DNA of 63,851 nucleotides, the filler included, from Calcarisporiella thermophila CBS 279.70 (lineage: Eukaryota > Fungi > Calcarisporiellomycota): assembly GCF_041956535.1 (NCBI RefSeq). It is 10 parts of 10 records of this genome, joined end to end, with 100 filler letters (N's around TTAATTAATTAA, not from the genome) between each part and the next. Parts side by side here need not be neighbours in the genome. Positions count along the whole stretch, not along the records: positions 60,587 to 61,625 come from NW_027192193.1; positions 61,726 to 63,851 come from NW_027192298.1; 8 more parts are not named here. One strand, 5' to 3'. Below are positions 60,587 to 63,851 of the stretch, one piece after another. A program made the translations under genes and the position numbers. Under the pieces are notes generated by a model. That model searched no databases. It had not been told where the DNA came from and was given only the letters and a program-made list of their open reading frames with translations. Position 1 is the stretch's first letter; each line of letters opens with the position of its first letter.

Positions 60587-61625
60587 TTTACCATAGGTGG
60601 ATGTGAGTGTGTAGCATGTGGGTTCAGCTGTCAGAGTCACAACCGTCACTGGAGCGCCAGAGGGAACATCAGTAGGAGTTATCAATGGAACGCCAGGAGT
60701 AGATGTTAGGGTGTAAGTCCTAGGATACGAAGTGTCCCGGGTGATGGTCACAATGGTGACGGGTGCACCAGAAGGAACATCGGTAGGAGTCACTAAAGGA
60801 ACGCCAGCCGTAGATGTAATGGTATAAGTTGGAGTAACCGTTACAATGGTAACAGGAGAGCCAGAGGGAACGTCAGCTGGTGTTGTCAGAGGTTTACCAT
60901 ATGTTGAAGTTAGAGTGAATGTCTGACGCTGAGGTTCTAGCGAAGTAGGAGTTACAGTTACTGTAACCGTTATGCAATCAGATGGATATCCTGTAGGAGT
61001 GGAAGGCTCTTCTTCTCCAACAGTCAAAGTCACAGTCACAGTAAGCGGAGGAGGAGTCTCACAAGGTGTAGTTTGAGGTGTAGGGATTGATTCAATCGGT
61101 GGGCGTGTCGGGGGAGTAGGGATTGACTCAATCGGTGGGCGTGTCGGGGGAGTAGGGATTGATTCAATCGGTGGGCCAGTTGGGGGAGTGGGGATTGATT
61201 CAATCGGTGGACGTGTTGGGGGAGTGGGGATTGATTCGATCGGTGGACGTGTCGGGGGAGTAGGGATTGACTCAATCGGTGGGCCAGTTGGGGGAGTAGG
61301 GATTGATTCAATCGGCGGACGTGTTGGGGGAGTGGGGATTGATTCGATCGGTGGACGTGTCGGGGGAGAAGGTGAAGGGCTAGGACCGTATATAGTAACA
61401 GTCACTGTAACACAGTCAGATGGCAGATTAGGAGGAATTGTGATTGTGCCATTCACGTCATATACGGTTGCAGTGGTAGGTGTAACGGTGGTAACGGCAT
61501 ATGGACAATCTGGTGAGGGTGTTACTAATGGTATTCCATGAGTAGAAGTTAAGGTTGTAGTCCCAATGCAAGTGTACGTGACAGAGTGTGGTGATTCAGT
61601 TGAAACTGTCACAATGGTGGTTGGA
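60587..61625 (-). CDS. Internal part of a Thr/Pro-rich mucin/adhesin-like protein
   Basis: Open across the whole contig; repeated PPT(R/G)PPIESIPT and TLTST.G.PL.TP.DVPSG modules. Confidence 0.8.
61080..61367. repeat. 36-bp coding tandem repeat x8
   Basis: GT(A/G)GGGATTGA(T/C)TC(A/G)ATCGG... units. Confidence 0.95.
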
Positions 61626-61725
61626 NNNNNNNNNNNNNNNNNNNNNNNNNNNNNNNNNNNNNNNNNNNNTTAATTAATTAANNNNNNNNNNNNNNNNNNN
61701 NNNNNNNNNNNNNNNNNNNNNNNNN

Positions 61726-62742
61726 ACAAGGGGTGGATATGTGTATAATCCGAAGGCTGGCGCTGGAACCACAAGTTATGTAATCGACACTGGCATCGAT
61801 ACAAAGCACCCCGACTTTGAAGGAAGGGCAAGCTGGGGAGCAACCTTTGCCAACGATGGAGATTCGGATCTTAATGGTAAGCAAGTGAAGTCAAATGACT
61901 TTTTTACACTTTACCAATACATAAACGATGGTTTTTAGGACATGGCACTTGGGTAGCTGGTATTGTCGGGAGCAAGAACTATGGAGTGGGTGAGTATTGA
62001 TTTGGTAAAATTTCATTGTTTCCGCTTGAACCATAAACCTTTTATACCCCCTAGCTAAAAAGACTAAATTGGTTGCGGTGAAGGTCCTTGATAAGAGTGG
62101 TTCAGGAAAAGCAAGGTAACAAATCATACCTCTAACACTTCTATCGCCCTTGACTCATTTGTAACTCGACAGTGATGTTGTTGCCGGTGTCGCTTGGGCA
62201 GCCAACCACGCCAGGCAGCACAATCATGGTAAAGCGGCCGCGATTCTCTCTGCTGGAGGAGGCCCTTCCAATGCAATAGATGAAGCAGTCAATAAGGTTT
62301 GAGTCTATAAGAGCGTCCCCCATTGCACGATGCTAATTTTGCATCCTCACGTTAATGAAAGGCTTTTGAATCCGGTTTGCCCCTTACAGTTGTTGCTGGA
62401 GGAGATAACAGCGACGGATGCAAATACTCCCCTTGCCGTGCGGCAAAAGCCATCTGCATTGGTGCCACCGATGCCAATGATAAGAAGGCATCATTTAGCA
62501 ATTATGGCAAGTGCGTCACCCTCTTCGCCCCCGGAGTCAATGTCCCCTCCACCTGGCCTGGCAACAAAAACAATGCCCTCTCAGGAACGACGCCATCCGC
62601 TGCACACGGTGCTGGTCTCATCGCCTATTTCTTGGCCCTTAAACAGCGCGATCCCGCTTCGATGCTCGCCTACCTGAAGCAAATTGCCACCAAAGATGCC
62701 CTCCCCGGCTATGATTTGGTGTACAACGACTCGGGCCTATAA
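61726..62742 (+). CDS. Proteinase K-like S8 subtilase homolog, 3' part, catalytic Ser replaced
   Basis: [49 protein letters not shown]. Confidence 0.88.
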
Positions 62743-62939
62743 ACGGTCAAGTTTTGAAAACTTGAATAGACGTCTGCGACGTTTTATTTCTATGTATATT
62801 TCTTTGATGTAGATAATAAAGGCCTGAAATACAAACTTGTAGAAATGAGAGCATGAGAAGCATGTTGACCCATACACCTTGGTTCAAATCTATTCAAGGG
62901 ATTACACGTATAAAATGTTCACCATCTTGACTCTGCCAT

Positions 62940-63195
62940 TGATATAATGAACAATGTGGCATCCTCTGGCAAGCACAGACCCTATAGCTAGGTGTGCACT
63001 TTTGGAGTGGAGATTGTTTCAACCTGGAACGTTGGAGGTACAAGGGCTTTTGCAGGTACCCCGATATCCATATTACATGTTGCTGGACAAATAATTCTCC
63101 ATAAAGGTCCCACATCTATGCTCAAGTATCTGAAATCCATTGCAATACAAGAGAAGTCAATGCGTCTAGTTCTCTACAGCCAGTCCAGGCTTTAA
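62940..63195 (+). pseudogene. Degenerate tandem subtilase C-terminal copy
   Basis: FGVEIVSTW..AGTPISILHVAG..PTSMLKYLKSIA..LYSQSRL parallels the end of the upstream gene. Confidence 0.7.
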
Positions 63196-63851
63196 TGCAT
63201 AATCAAAAAACTCGAACCCTCCTATTTAAACTCTATTCACTCTATCGAATATGCATTTATATATTACACGTACTTGGTGAATCGTATAATTGAATAAAAA
63301 TCCTGAATTGTAATTTGATTGGAGATAGGGGACTAGAGGCTGGGGATAGAAAAAATATTTAGACAAGGATCAGAATTAATGCAAAAATGGAATATGATTT
63401 TACAAGATACGTGGCCTAGATCAGGTTGTGCTTTTTTGCCTAACTAATATAATAGAGGATGGGAAATATTTCGCCATATTGAAACTCTTATCCCCACGAT
63501 GCATCTTATATCAGCACCATTGATTTTCATTATCAGAAATCAATCTAGTGGGAAACCTCGTACACTCGTATAATACACATTTATTGGTATCCAGCACAAT
63601 CGGGATATGTGAAAGATGTGTGGCATGAAGAAAAGTATCTTGGACAATAAGAGTGAAGAAGGGGGAACCGTATTTGACAGAGAATTTAGTATCCAAAGTT
63701 ATTAGTAGCGACGAGAGTAGACAACGCTATGGAATCCCCGATGAATTTCCATCTGGAAGGTTGGGTAAGACCATCCATCGATGCGGCCACTAACACAATC
63801 TCTAATATCATCGTTCAATGTAATTCCCACTTATAGGAACCTTATCTGCTT

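Overview
Eukaryotic, almost certainly fungal, DNA; probably an early-diverging lineage given Rab18, HAUS1, Spo71-like, ENA-type ATPase and GT15 genes with short introns. The window is about 10 contigs joined by artificial N44-TTAATTAATTAA-N44 linkers, so adjacency across linkers is meaningless. Housekeeping genes: M1 aminopeptidase, Spo71-like PH protein, RIO1, Rab18, ENA ATPase, HAUS1, polo kinase, an SH3 membrane protein, ABCB transporter and a DUF4203-like protein. An AT-rich accessory stretch (25-43 kb) holds secreted and bacterial-looking enzymes, and there are many transposon relics. The most notable signal is an apparent tRNA-gene-targeted retroelement system. A tRNA-derived SINE with encoded CCA shares a covarying 3' hairpin plus TTGATC-poly(A) end with an L1/Tx1-like LINE. 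SINE copies lie about 80-85 bp upstream of two different tRNA genes with their 5' ends facing the tRNA; LINE fragments reconstruct to the same distance, interleaved with LTR-like elements ending 18 bp upstream. A complete non-autonomous LTR element with a tRNA-Val-type PBS interrupts a Harbinger Myb/SANT gene. All family calls are from motif recognition by eye; no searches were run.
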